NCBI GenBank assembly: GCA_009602735.1
Contig: WELA01001161.1
Span: 326,776-376,675 of the forward strand
Reading direction: 5' to 3'
DNA from: Mesotaenium endlicherianum
Taxonomy: Eukaryota
Length of the DNA: 49,900 nt
Below are positions 37,577 through 49,858 of the stretch, piece by piece. The position numbers were made by a program, and so were the translations under genes. The notes under the pieces were generated by a model, which saw nothing but the letters and a program-made list of their open reading frames with translations, had not been told where the DNA came from and made no database searches. Within the stretch, counting starts at the first letter, position 1. Each line of letters starts with the position of its first letter.

Positions 37577-40500
37577 TTATGCAAGATATCTGTACAGTTT
37601 CCTATCATGCCTGTCTCGTTCTAAGAATTCCCGCTCAATCAGACTCTCTATGCGCTTCTTAATAACCGCCGGGTTTGGCAAAAAGCGCGACTGGAGCTGC
37701 TTCGTCACCTCGCTGCAGGAACCAGCACACAACATGCAATTAAGTACCAAGAGTAGGCAGTTTATTTGTTACTGCGTGTCTTCAAAATGCTAGTTTAGAA
37801 ACAGATGGAGGCGAAGATTAATTTCAGACATCAACCATACAGCAGGCCCCACAGGAATACGCGAGAATTGGCCACGGAGTAGAAGTCAGAAGGTGCAGCA
37901 TGGCACATTATTAACCTCCAACAGATCAATTGCAAAGGAAAGGGTTCATGTAGATAGACTGCGCAAGATGACGCGCGGCACACACCCTGGCGTGCGCATG
38001 TGGGGCCACAATCCAACCACACACTCACAGCAGGCACCAAGCTCACTCTAAATCCCCCCTCAGTCGCCAAGAGAACGAGCTGTCCTCACCTCCAGCGACG
38101 AGGAAGCAGAAGCGCGTGGCAGAGGCATTACCTGATGATGTTGTTGTGGTCGAGCACGCGCCTCGACTTCATGATGCGCACAATGGCCGCCTCAATCTGG
38201 GGCTTGCGGTCCTCCTCCACCTTTTGCCGCGTCTCCTGCTTCTCCGGCTCCGTCTCCTTCTGTGCAGCCACCGTCCCTATCTTCACCTGTTGCACGACCA
38301 CGCAGCTGCCCAAGCTTAGTACACGGCCAACTTTGTGAGCCCATCTTGAGAGCTTCATGCTTCGTTTCCACTTCGAGCCTCCTTTGTTCGTACAAGCCCT
38401 GCCTTGCGCTCTCTGCCTGTTTCATTACCACGCATCAGTCGATTTCAGTACTTGCCAAGGAGGAGTACCACAGCGCCGCGGTACCTCAAGCTCCTGCTGC
38501 CACCTGGAGCAGAGCCTGGAGCAGAGCTTGGAGTAAAGCGTGGTGGTAGCACCGCAGTCCAGCCATCAGTAAGCATTGCCTCCGGACACAATGCAGGCGC
38601 ACGAAAACGCTTCCTGGGCTCAGGAGAAGCATCAAACTAGAGGCCAATACTGACAGAGCTCAGGTGCGCCAGATGTCCATCCGCCAAAACCTCAGTGCTG
38701 GAGCCCTCAATAACAACTCAAGTATGCTTCTTCTCCCATTCATACATTGAGGCCCACCGCTGTGTGGTCGCTAATTCTCTCTTGGGAAGCGCCGGGGAGG
38801 AGGGGGGNNNNNNNNNNNNNNNNNNNNNNNNNNNNNNNNNNNNNNNNNNNNNNNNNNNNNNNNNNNNNNNNNNNNNNNNNNNNNNNNNNNNNNNNNNNNN
38901 NNNNNNNNNNNNNNNNNNNNNNNNNNNNNNNNNNNNNNNNNNNNNNNNNNNNNNNNNNNNNNNNNNNNNNNNNNNNNNNNNNNNNNNNNNNNNNNNNNNN
39001 NNNNNNNNNNNNNNNNNNNNNNNNNNNNNNNNNNNNNNNNNNNNNNNNNNNNNNNNNNNNNNNNNNNNNNNNNNNNNNNNNNNNNNNNNNNNNNNNNNNN
39101 NNNNNNNNNNNNNNNNNNNNNNNNNNNNNNNNNNNNNNNNNNNNNNNNNNNNNNNNNNNNNNNNNNNNNNNNNNNNNNNNNNNNNNNNNNNNNNNNNNNN
39201 NNNNNNNNNNNNNNNNNNNNNNNNNNNNNNNNNNNNNNNNNNNNNNNNNNNNNNNNNNNNNNNNNNNNNNNNNNNNNNNNNNNNNNNNNNNNNNNNNNNN
39301 NNNNNNNNNNNNNNNNNNNNNNNNNNNNNNNNNNNNNNNNNNNNNNNNNNNNNNNNNNNNNNNNNNNNNNGGGGGGGAGTTCAAGGGTGGGGGCGAGGGC
39401 AGGCAGAGTTTCTGGGCGGGGGCTGCCAACCTTGTAGAACTTGCTGCTGAAGTTCTCGTTGTAAAAGAAGACGTCGGTCTCGCTGACCTCCTTGCTCATG
39501 GGCTCCTTGCGCAGCACGTTCTTGCCCTTCACCAGCGCCAGCGACTGCAGGTTCCGCTTCAGGTCCTGCGGGGGGATGTCGGTCGCCTGCTCCACCTCAC
39601 GGTACGTGAGCCTCTCGGCCGTGTTGAACAGCAGCAGTATGCACATCTGCATGCGCACAAACATACCCCNNNNNNNNNNNNNNNNNNNNNNNNNNNNNNN
39701 NNNNNNNNNNNNNNNNNNNAAAAAAAAAAAATCCCGACCCCCACCCGGCCCACCACCAGCACGTTTGCCTCCCCCATCACCCACGCAAGAGAGTTTTAAT
39801 GTGGTGCAAATAACCAGCAATGACCTCAAAGCACTGCGCATGACAGGGGACAACGCCTGGCAGCAGGAGCCGACTGATAATCAGCAGCCGGCAAGCAAGC
39901 TGGAAAACAAACCTGCCTGGCCTATCTCCTCACGCCATCGACAGTCAGAAAACAAGCTTACACCGTAAGGAAGTACCCTCGCGAGTGAGGCATACTCATT
40001 AGTGAGGCATACTCTTGACAGCAAATGAGCAGGGAGGATACATGAAAGGGGAAAAACCCTAGCTGCTACAAACATTTAGATTTACAACAAATCTGGAGCA
40101 CTTCTGAGAGCCCAAATGATAGTCGCTGAGCCAGTCCCGCAGGGATCAAGGCTCCTCTCCAGGAGACAGCTGCAAGCTAACAAGGACAGAGATGCCTAGC
40201 ATACTTCCAGGCCAGGCCTACCCCAGCGTCCTCTCTGCATCTCCCTGCAATTGGGGGCTCGTTTGCTGCACCATCGACTAATCTCTGGCCTGACAAGACA
40301 AAGCTGATGGGTGAGAAGTGACACATGTCAGAAGGCAACCTTCCCCTCGAGCACAGGGCTGTCGTTTTGTACTTTTATAAGTGGAGTAGAGAGAGGGGGG
40401 AGCGGGGGGGTCGGGTGAGCGGGGGAACAGGGGGGCGAAGAGGGGCTGGCTCCGCGAGAAGAAGAGGGTCGATCTCCGCGCACCTGGTAGGTGGAGACGT

Positions 40501-43500
40501 TGAGCTCGTACTTGCGGTTCTCAAAGTTGGCCTTGAGGTCGGCGCTACCCATGTTGGTCTGCCACGTCAGCCGGCGGCCCGTGTGCGTCGACAGGTAGTG
40601 CTGCTTGAAGCGCTCGCACAGCGACAGGATCTCGGTGGGCAGGTTACAGCGCGCGCCCGACTGCGTGGGCCACGAGCCCGTCGTGAGCACCTGCACCTGC
40701 AGCGCCGCCCCCTCGCCGCCGCCAGCCCCCCCTTCGGCCGCCGCCTGCTGGAACGCCTGCATCGTGTCGCGCGACGTCTTCATGTCGGTAAACATGCCCT
40801 CCAGCTTCGACGTGAACTGGTACCCGCACTCCGTCTTGAGCTTCACGATGAGGCTGCGCTCGGCGTCATCCGAGACGGTGCGCCCCGAGAGCAGGCGCTT
40901 GGCAAGGTGCTGCTTGTAGTACTTCTCAAACACGTCCTTCTCCTGCAAGTAGCGGAAGAGCATCATGACCTTGTCGAGCACCGTCTCTACGTCCTCCTCG
41001 CTCACGCCCTTGAGGCCCTTGCGCAGCTTGTCGTCCACGAACAGCGAGATGAACTCCGGCGAGCGCGCGTTCAGGTTGATGAAGTACTCGAACGCGCCGT
41101 TGAGCGTGTTCTGGAACGTCTTGTCGTTCGCCAGCGCGTTCTGGATGATCCGGTCGTACTTGTCCTTCTCGTCCAGGAGCCGCTGCACAAAGTCGACGGG
41201 GTCCTTGGACCTGGGACGCGCCCCACCGACAGGTGCCGCACATACAGAGTGTCGCGTCAACCGAGAGAGCCAACAAAGCCAGCATGGCGGACAAGTTTGC
41301 GATCAACAAAGAAAGCGAGGCTGGGCAGACCTACGTCAGCATCACGATATAAAAAAAGGTACATGATAAGGTATTTAGTCAATCGCCTGGATACAAAACA
41401 ATAATGCTGCCTGCGAGGGCACCAAGTGACTCTCGCAACAGGTAGCAGACTTGCACGCATAAGCATGTGGGGAAAAACCTAGGGTGCATCCAGTGAGCTG
41501 CAGCCTGCCTCCATGCAAGATTCTCTTCCAAAACAGGAGGCGTCAGGCAAACAATCTGAGCAGTGATAGTTACACTCGAGCCAAGGATCACCAACCTTTC
41601 TGAGTCTGTGACGAGCTGCTTCCCGGTCTCGCGCAGGTGGTGCAACATGACATCGCGCAGGGTCTGTAGGCCCGTCGATACCCTCCGGAAGAGAGCATAC
41701 ATCCGGCCCAAGTCCTATCGCAATGGCACGGACGGATGCAGCTCGTCAGCAACTGCAAAGTAGTGTGGTTTACTCAGGTACAGCTGACTCGGTATGCAGA
41801 AAGTGAGGCTTGCCACCCCGTGCTGTCATACAGCTCTCTTGTTTCTTTAAGAGGCCACAGACGGTCATCCAAGCAGCCAACTTCAGCTTGGCTATGCTAA
41901 AGTCAGAAGCCCTCGTCCATGTACTGGAAATTTCAAACAAGAGCTTGAAAGATGATGAGTTCTTAATAGCATTCCTCTATAAGAGTTTTGAGGTATGTGG
42001 GAGGCAGACGTCGCACATGGATCAAAAACCACCATAGGTAGCAGAAGTGACGTACACCAAGTTATACGCCTACATTGAAATCGTCGAACTGGTGCCTGCC
42101 CATCCCGTACTCCCAGCACCACTTGTGGTAAAACCTCTTATCCATGCCCATACCCTAGCCACCCACTAGGAGACACTCTGCGTGCTCCTTGCCCTCCCAC
42201 AATGAACGGTAAGCTTACAAGCAACGAAGAAGCACATGCCACCCCTTAGTATTCTGCCTCAAGGAACGCCTCAGAGGGAATGACAGGCCCAACAGAGAGC
42301 CTCCCTCACCTCATACTTGTCGTTCATGAGCATGCTGACGAGGCCGGAATTTTCCATCTCCACCAGCAGCTTCATGTGGTTACCAATCATCTCCCGTTCC
42401 ACGACAGCAGTGATCTTCCCCTCGCTCTTGGTGTCCAGGTAGTGCGAGCACCTCTCTATCTCCTCGTTCAGCCTGCGCTCTGCCTTCTTCAGGTAATCGG
42501 GGCAGTCACTGCTCTCTAGGAACTGCTGGGACTCTATGCGATAGAAATCAGCTGCTGCATCTAGGAAGGGCTTCTCGAAGTCTTCTTGGTACACGTTTGG
42601 CCCCAAGTCCACATACATTTTCGTCACACTCCGCATGAGGCTCCTGTTTATGACCTCACCTGTCCTCTCCTTATGCACAAGCTCCAGAAGCGTCTCTAGT
42701 AACCTATCCTTTATCCTAGGAGCCCTGACGACATGGTCCCTCCAGAGATTTAAGCCGAGCTCATGGACAGGAGTCTTGGACTGATTTGCCACATATGTGC
42801 GATCCATGTACATGAGGATGTCACGAATCATCTGCAACGACTTGTTATGATCCTCCCACTTCCCATTAAGCTCCTCCAGGAAGAGTCCTCCCTTAGCTGA
42901 CTCGATTACCCTTGCAGTCTCCTCAAGGTGGTCTGTCATAGTCTGCACTAGTCCAGCATAGAGCCTGTCTCCATACTTGTGTAAGACCATATTGTAAGCG
43001 TTCCTGCAGAAGGTTACCAGCATCCTTTTCAAGCATGAGCCTATGCTTGAGTGGGAGCATAGAAGCATGGCTCATCGAACAAAGTAGGCAACAACAAAAG
43101 GCTTCTCGTGAAGGGCTAAAGTGACCCGTCAATTTACATAACGCAATTGCATTGAACCCGTGCATTGACACAAAATAACCTGAAAAGCTCCTGGTTTTAC
43201 ACAGAGCAACCCGAGCAGGTATACATCGATGGTGGTTGTGGGAGGTCCCGGGCTCAAAAAGTACTTGAGTGATCAGGCCCACAAATTTCACAAACTGCCA
43301 GCGTGCGTAATTGCTTAATAAAACGCAAGGCCGGGACATAAGCCAACATAGGCGTTCAACTGCGTCTTGCCTTGTTACTACGTTAGGTAGGAATGGAATG
43401 AACACACCTATAGAGCTCCTCAAAGCTGAGACCGCTAGCATTATGGTTGTATATCTCATGAATAGCGTCCTCCAGGATTTTCCACGTCTTATCAGCATAT

Positions 43501-43568
43501 TGAGGATCCATCTCCACCCTGTGCTTGAAGGGCTCAATCTTGAAATTCTTCTTCTTTGCCGAACTCAT
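37577..43568 (-). CDS. CUL3: Cullin-3 E3 ubiquitin ligase scaffold, about 735 aa
   Basis: Exons 43408-43568, 42310-43003, 41596-41714, 40484-41210, 39431-39646, 38132-38286, 37577-37712 (2208 nt, in frame). Motifs: [61 protein letters not shown], and the neddylation motif [12 protein letters not shown]; ends RKLYRYLA. Confidence 0.97.
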
Positions 43569-45050
43569 ATTTCCTGCCTTAGCTTCAGCTAGGGTTCAGT
43601 TGTATCAACCCCTGCGGTCGAGGGGGGAAGTGATATCTCACGGTTTTTATTCCAATAAATCAAGAGTAGACGATGATTCAGCCATGCAAAGGGACTCAGC
43701 AGCCCCGTTCATGAAGGTTCTGCAACTTCATAAGACAAGATACGGAACGTCAAGCACAAGTAGTGTAGGGAAAAAGAGACTCCGGTAATAACCGTACTAA
43801 CAATAAGGTGTCTCGAACCGAAAAATACTAGCTGACATCTATATATGCGAGGATAACATTGATAGTGAAGACATATCTTGCATGTTGGAAGCGTGCGGGC
43901 TCCGCTTATGCCACTTACCAACGATGATGATACATTAGGACGTGGGACAGGACGCATATGTTTCAAACATCGGATGATAGCTTGGTTGGAACACGGAACC
44001 GCATTGCCTACCAGAGTGCTTCTTCATTCAAAGCAATTTGAACGCTTGCTCGACGTCACTCGCGCATAAGTACCACCTCGAATTTGTGCGAACTTTTTAT
44101 GCTTTCAACTGCTGTTTACCGCTTTTTCATAATTTTACTGCTCCCTTCAGTTTACTTCCCATCCACTCTTTTCACTTGCATATCGTCCTCGGAAAACAAT
44201 TTGATTGAGACCAGACTTGTAATGGCTAAATGTCGTACTGTCCAGTAGTTAGACGGAGCTGTTCAGCACAAACATATATCCAGTCATTAATCCAGTCCGA
44301 TCCAAAAATAACCTCGACTCATCGGTCGCATCCGGGTTCCACAAGAGCACACGAGTACACACGAGGGAATAAGCGGAGACACGGAGAGGCGGAAAACCAC
44401 GACTTCTGCCAGATTAGCGGACAGCCAGCTGGCACGCTCTGGAACAGGTAAATGTGGGGAGCTTGGAGTATGCAAATTATGCACGCGACTCTGTGTGCTG
44501 GTCTGCTGCAGGAATGACATATCCAGAGGCCCTGCCCGTCCTCGGACAGCAGAACTTATTACATGGGAGTCTTAAGAGAGCATGATCCTGTCACTATCAT
44601 AAGCCAAATATACATGCCATATCGTGGAGCTTTTGCAGCTTCAGCTATGTATGTATAGAGTCAGAATTCAAGAGGAGGTTTGCAGACAGGGACAAGTTAG
44701 CGGGCCGTTGATCTGACGGTCTATGAAAAGGATGTGCATGGTGAAGCATGTATTTGCTTACGCGGAGCATTTATAAGATATAGAACCAGAAATTTACATT
44801 GTTCGTCGCTTTTGACGAGAGCAGAAGACTTCTGATCACTGGTTGCTTTCGCTTTCCTTCCTTCTTCCACGACTGGTGCTACCAAAGAAGTCGCACAAGC
44901 TATTGCTACCAGTGATATATTCCTGTAATAGAACGCATTCTTTCTTGGAAGGGTATAGTAAACTTATTTCCTATCGGGGCGGACCTTTCGAACTTGTTCT
45001 AGGTGGACCTTTGAAGTTGTTTAAGACGCTATTTGGAGCACCACATAGCC

Positions 45051-48000
45051 ATGACTACAAGATTTAGCGACTTAAAGAGTAGGGGCCTTGATCTCCACAG
45101 CCAAGTACATGGCTGGGCACAAGATCGTTGGGACGGAGTCAGACAACTTGGCCATAAATTATCGAAGCCGGACAGGAAGCAGGCAGACCATCTTCGAGTG
45201 AGTGACACGAAGAGGCAGCAGTTTGACAGAAGCTTCCAATTCTGGACAAGAGCAGTTGGGATATACGCCAGTTACAAGGTGAGCAAAGATTCCAAACATG
45301 GAGCCTTCACATTTGAGCTGCTCCTTATCAAACAAGGACATGTGTCTGCGGCAAAATAGAAAACAAAATTTTGTCACTTCTGGCACAGATAGGGCCTGCC
45401 AGGTGTCTTTGTGGGGCGGTCCAAGGCTCAATTCTGCCGGTCCCGGATGCCTGTGCACGTGGGCTGCTTCAAAGCAAGATGAAAATTCTCCTGAGAATGA
45501 GAAGATTGCTGGAGGAATGCGCAGCGCTGGGTCAGATCTCCTGCCTAGCCATGGCAGATTGAGTCCATAGTCGTGAGCGGCTGGAGTCATGTCGGGAGAG
45601 GCCGAGTGGTAATGCCTTTGGGAAAGTGGTGATTGCTGCCTCGGAAAGTAGCCTGGTGCAGAAAGGCACACATGAGCTTTCTTTGGTAGCAGTAGGTGGT
45701 GGTTTGGGAAACGAACACCGGGGTAGATTCAGGACGTTAGCTGCTCGCCATGTGGCCAGCAGTGAAGATGAACTTGGGTCCAGACGCAGTGAAGGAGCAG
45801 TCGGCCGCTGATCGACGATCCGCGTCTGCCATTCAGAAGTGCATGAGTTGCTGCTGCTAGTGGTGTCAGTGGCTGCCCGTTTACCTGCTTTTCCATGAAG
45901 GCTGCAAGTAAAGTAAAGGCAGGGGATGCTCTCTCCCCCTTCCCCCCCTCGCCCTCTTTCTCCCTCCTGGGAAAGAAATGCTAGTCGCTGTTGGAGAGTG
46001 ACCAACAAGCAACCAGCATGTCATGGTACACATGGTGGCCCGTTGCGAGACTGCCGGTGTTAGTGTTGTCGAGCTTCAGTCAGGGTTGTATGCAAATAAG
46101 TGTGTCTACTGTGAAATGTGCACGTCAGAAAGGACGCAGACTGGGCTGGAGGATGCAGCCTGCTTGGGCAGATCGATTCTAGCTGGCACTTGGAAACTTA
46201 GCACATCCAGTGAGCTGCGAACACCAGGGCAACCAGGCAACTGAGTTGTCGGGCAAAAGGCAACTGGGGAGGGGACGGGGGGCGCGGGTGCGGGCGCGGG
46301 CGGACGGGCGGGCNNNNNNNNNNNNNNNNNNNNNNNNNNNNNNNNNNNNNNNGGGGGGGGCAATGAGGTGAATGGGGGCATTTGAAGGTACTTGAAGGTA
46401 TATGTTCTCATGTTGAAGCGTCACAGTGGAGCAGGCGAAGCTGCCTCTCGCGTTCCAGCCCACGATGTGCATGTTCCGGAGTCTGCCTGCCGGCGAGAAC
46501 TCACAGCCGCCTTGTCCGGATGAGGGCCCCCCGTGTGCTGAGCCTATCAGGCGCTGAAGCTGATCCACGACTGGCTGGACCGGCGGCGAGTGGCGGTTAC
46601 CTGGCGCGTACATGACGTGGCCAGCGGCTGGTCTCCGCCGCCAGCAGCAGCAGCAGCATCAGCAGCTGACTTGCCCACGGGCATTGTGCATGGGGAGGGG
46701 AGGTGTGCATGCGTGCGCTCGCAGGTGTGCCAAGCCAGGGAGCACCTGGTGAAGGACCCGCAGGCGCGCGAGCAGATGTGGGAGGCGCAGCACGAGTATG
46801 CGGCCGACCGCCTCTACTCCATGTGCGTTGACCTCGGCGGCTTCTTCCTCAAAGTACGCTCCTCCTCTGCTGCCCCTCACTCTCCTCCTTCCTCCCCGCC
46901 CCCCCCCCCTCCCTCCTCCCACTCTTGCCAATCCCCCTACAGTTTCTCCAGCCTTTCCTCTCCCCCCCGGTCCCTTTCCTTTCCCTGCCTCGCCTCGCCT
47001 TGCCGCACCTCGCCTCGCCTTGCCCCGCCTGGCTTGAGTTGGCGCTTCCTAGTCAGTCCACCTGGCCACACGCCCTCCTTGCATGGCGACAGCCGTACTT
47101 CTGCGACAGTCTCCTTCTGGAAAGTTTTTTGCCTAGAGGAGGAAGGGAGAGAGGCTCCACGCAGGCACGTTGCCTGATAGAAAGAAGGAGTGGCGGCGAG
47201 TACCAGCGCAGGCCTCCCTGTAGGGAGCCAACCTTGTAAGTGCGAGCCAGACCCTGCAGTCCGGCAGCTCTGCAGCCAAGCAGCAGTATGAGTTTGCAGC
47301 CACAGCCCCTCAAATAAGTGTTGCTGTTGCTGTTGCTGGCAGAGTTGCTACCACCACTCCTCCCCCTCCTCGTCCTCCTTGTCTTTTGCCTTCCTCCGTT
47401 CTCGGCCTCACAGCTCGAATTAGCAGGCCCCGCAGGCAACAAAGTTTTGCACCCTCCCCCTCCAGCCTGCGCAAAAACATTTTTGTGCGCCTAAGTATTT
47501 CTCCTGCGCGCGCGTGCGTGCACCTGCGTGCGCATGGGCATGACAAATGCGTGTGTGCAAACCCGTGTGTGTGCGATGGGCCTTGCGCTTGCTTGCCTGT
47601 GCATGCGTGCTTGTGCATGTGCATGCGACGGCGACAACGACAATGCCGGCAACAGTCGGGCCAATTCCTGGCAAAGCCGGACCTGGTGCCCATGGCGTGG
47701 GTGCGGCGCCTGAGCGTGCTGCACGACGCCGCGCCCGCCGACCCCTTCCCCGTCGTGCGCGGCGTGCTGGAGGCGGAGCTGGGCGCCAACCTGGACACGC
47801 TCTTCTCCTCCTTCTGCGAGGTCCCCGTGGGCTCCGCCTCCATCGCCCAGGTGCTCCAGCCCCCCCGCCCCTTTCCCTCCCCCTCTTCTTTTCCCCTGTT
47901 GCACCTCGCCTCCGCCCTCCCTGGCTCCCCTTTCCGCCTCCCAATATCCCCTCGTATGCACGCCACGGCAGGAAATTTGGCCTCTGTTGTGCCCATCCTC

Positions 48001-49858
48001 CCAGTCCTCCCATGTCTCCCATCTCGCAATCTCCTCCTGCATGCATGTGCGTCGATTCATGCCATGGGCCAGCTGGAACGTCGAGCAGGTCACACTGCTC
48101 GGTCTGGCGGGCTCAGAGGCCTGGCCCCTCTCGCTCTCGCGCGCTTTCTCACTCTCCCTCCCTCCTCATTGAGTAGCTCATGTGGCCTCTTACTGATGGA
48201 AGTCAGCTAGATCGCCACATCATCAACCTTCAGCTTGTCTCCTACTTCTTCCAAGAAAAGCACGGCGTCGTCGCTGTTGTTGGCCTTGCCCCTTGGGCAT
48301 TTTGAGAGCACGCAAGAGCGCTTGTAGGACCTTGTTTGGCAGGGTCTCTCGCATGAGGGTGACTGGGCAGAATGCCAAAGGCCGGCCTCTCCGCATGCGC
48401 ACAGCCTTCCCTTCTGCTTTTTCCTTGGGCCATCTGATGTCCGAGGCTACCGGCTGCAGACGCCTGCCCACCTAGGGGGGAAAGGCTCAGTCAGTGCATG
48501 CATAGAGACTCAAGCAGGCCTCCCAGGGTGCCTTGCTGCCTCTGCCGCTGTCTCTGCCACTACCGCTGCTGCTGCTGCTGCTGTTCCTGCTGCTCGTCAC
48601 TGCTTGGTGTCGGCTGGAAGCTCACTATCAACACCACCACCACCTCCACCGCCGTCATCATCATGATCTCACGTTCTTTACGTGCGGGCCCGCCACATGG
48701 CAGGTGCACAAGGCACGGCTGCGCAGCACAGGCGCCGACGTCGCCGTCAAGGTTCCTCCTCCTCCCTGCCGCGCCCTCCTTGAGCCTCCCATCTGACTCC
48801 ATCTCTTCCTCTACGACTGCGACGCGAGTCTCTTGAGCACCACCCCCTGCCTCCTTTGCTGCACACCTTGCTTCCTCCTCCCGCTTGCTCGTTGAGTTGA
48901 TGCCAAGCGGGCTTTCTGTCCGTCAGCTGCCCGCGCTGGCCTCTATGGCTGCCGGCAATATCACTAGGAAAATTAATATGTATTAAAGAAAAATATAACT
49001 TGTGAAATGATTAACACGATGATTGACATGATTGAAATAATATACAAGGGACTGGGGAATTTATTTACCCTGCAAATGCCGTTGGAAGGAGAGGCACTAG
49101 GGGCACTGCTTTTGGTAGCTTGTCCCTCACTGTTTGGGCGGGCGATAAGTACCGGCCACTATGTGTCGTGTTGTAGCGCTCGCTTTGCTTCCCTCCCCGG
49201 TGGTGGCAGCTCCCTCGGCAAGAGTCTATTCCTCTGAGACTGTGACGAGGGGCGAGTGATCCCCCGTGGGTGGATCCGTTCAAGGGGATAGAAAGGAGTA
49301 CTTAGTTAAATACCAATTGCAAATGAGTGTTTGTGCTTGTTGTGTATGCGCGTGCATGCAATTGCATGAGGGTACTCGCCTGTGTGTGCGCGTGCGTGCG
49401 TGCACATTCATGAGCTTACAGGTATAGAGACCATACCTTGATGGCACACCCCGCCCTCCCTCGCCCCCCCCCCTCCTCGCCCCTTGGGCCCGTTGCCCTC
49501 TTGCCAAACCTTGGGCCCCTGGGCCCCCTTCTTCTGCCTGCCCTTCTCTCCTTCCGAGCGCGTCTCGCGACTCTCATGACTCGTAGCCCTGCTGCCGCCG
49601 CCTCCGGGGTTTGTGGGGTGGTAATGCCGGTCCTGATCTGCTGATACCGCTATTGGTTGTGCTAATGCCGGTGCTGGCTGCGGCTGCGGCTGCGGCTGCG
49701 GCGGTGCACGCACGCACGCACGCGTGCAGGTGCAGCACAGGGACGCGGAGAGCCTGGTGATGATGGACCTGGCCAATCACCACAGCTTCGCCGGCATCCT
49801 GCAGAAGCTGGAGCTCAAGTTCGACCTCCAGTCCGTCGTCAAGGAGCTCGAGGACCAG
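45051..49858 (+). CDS. ABC1/UbiB/AarF atypical protein kinase, ABC1K10-like, 3'-partial
   Basis: Exons 45051-45278 (RSFQFWTRAVGIYASYK), 46725-46853 (MWEAQHEYAADRLYSMCVDLGGFFLK), 47656-47850 (SGQFLAKPDL...GSASIAQ), 48704-48751 (VHKARLRSTGADVAVK), 49730-49858 (VQH...LKFDLQSVVKELEDQ). KxGQ, Ala-rich loop SASIAQVH and VAVKVQ are ABC1 family hallmarks. The gene continues beyond the window. Confidence 0.92.
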
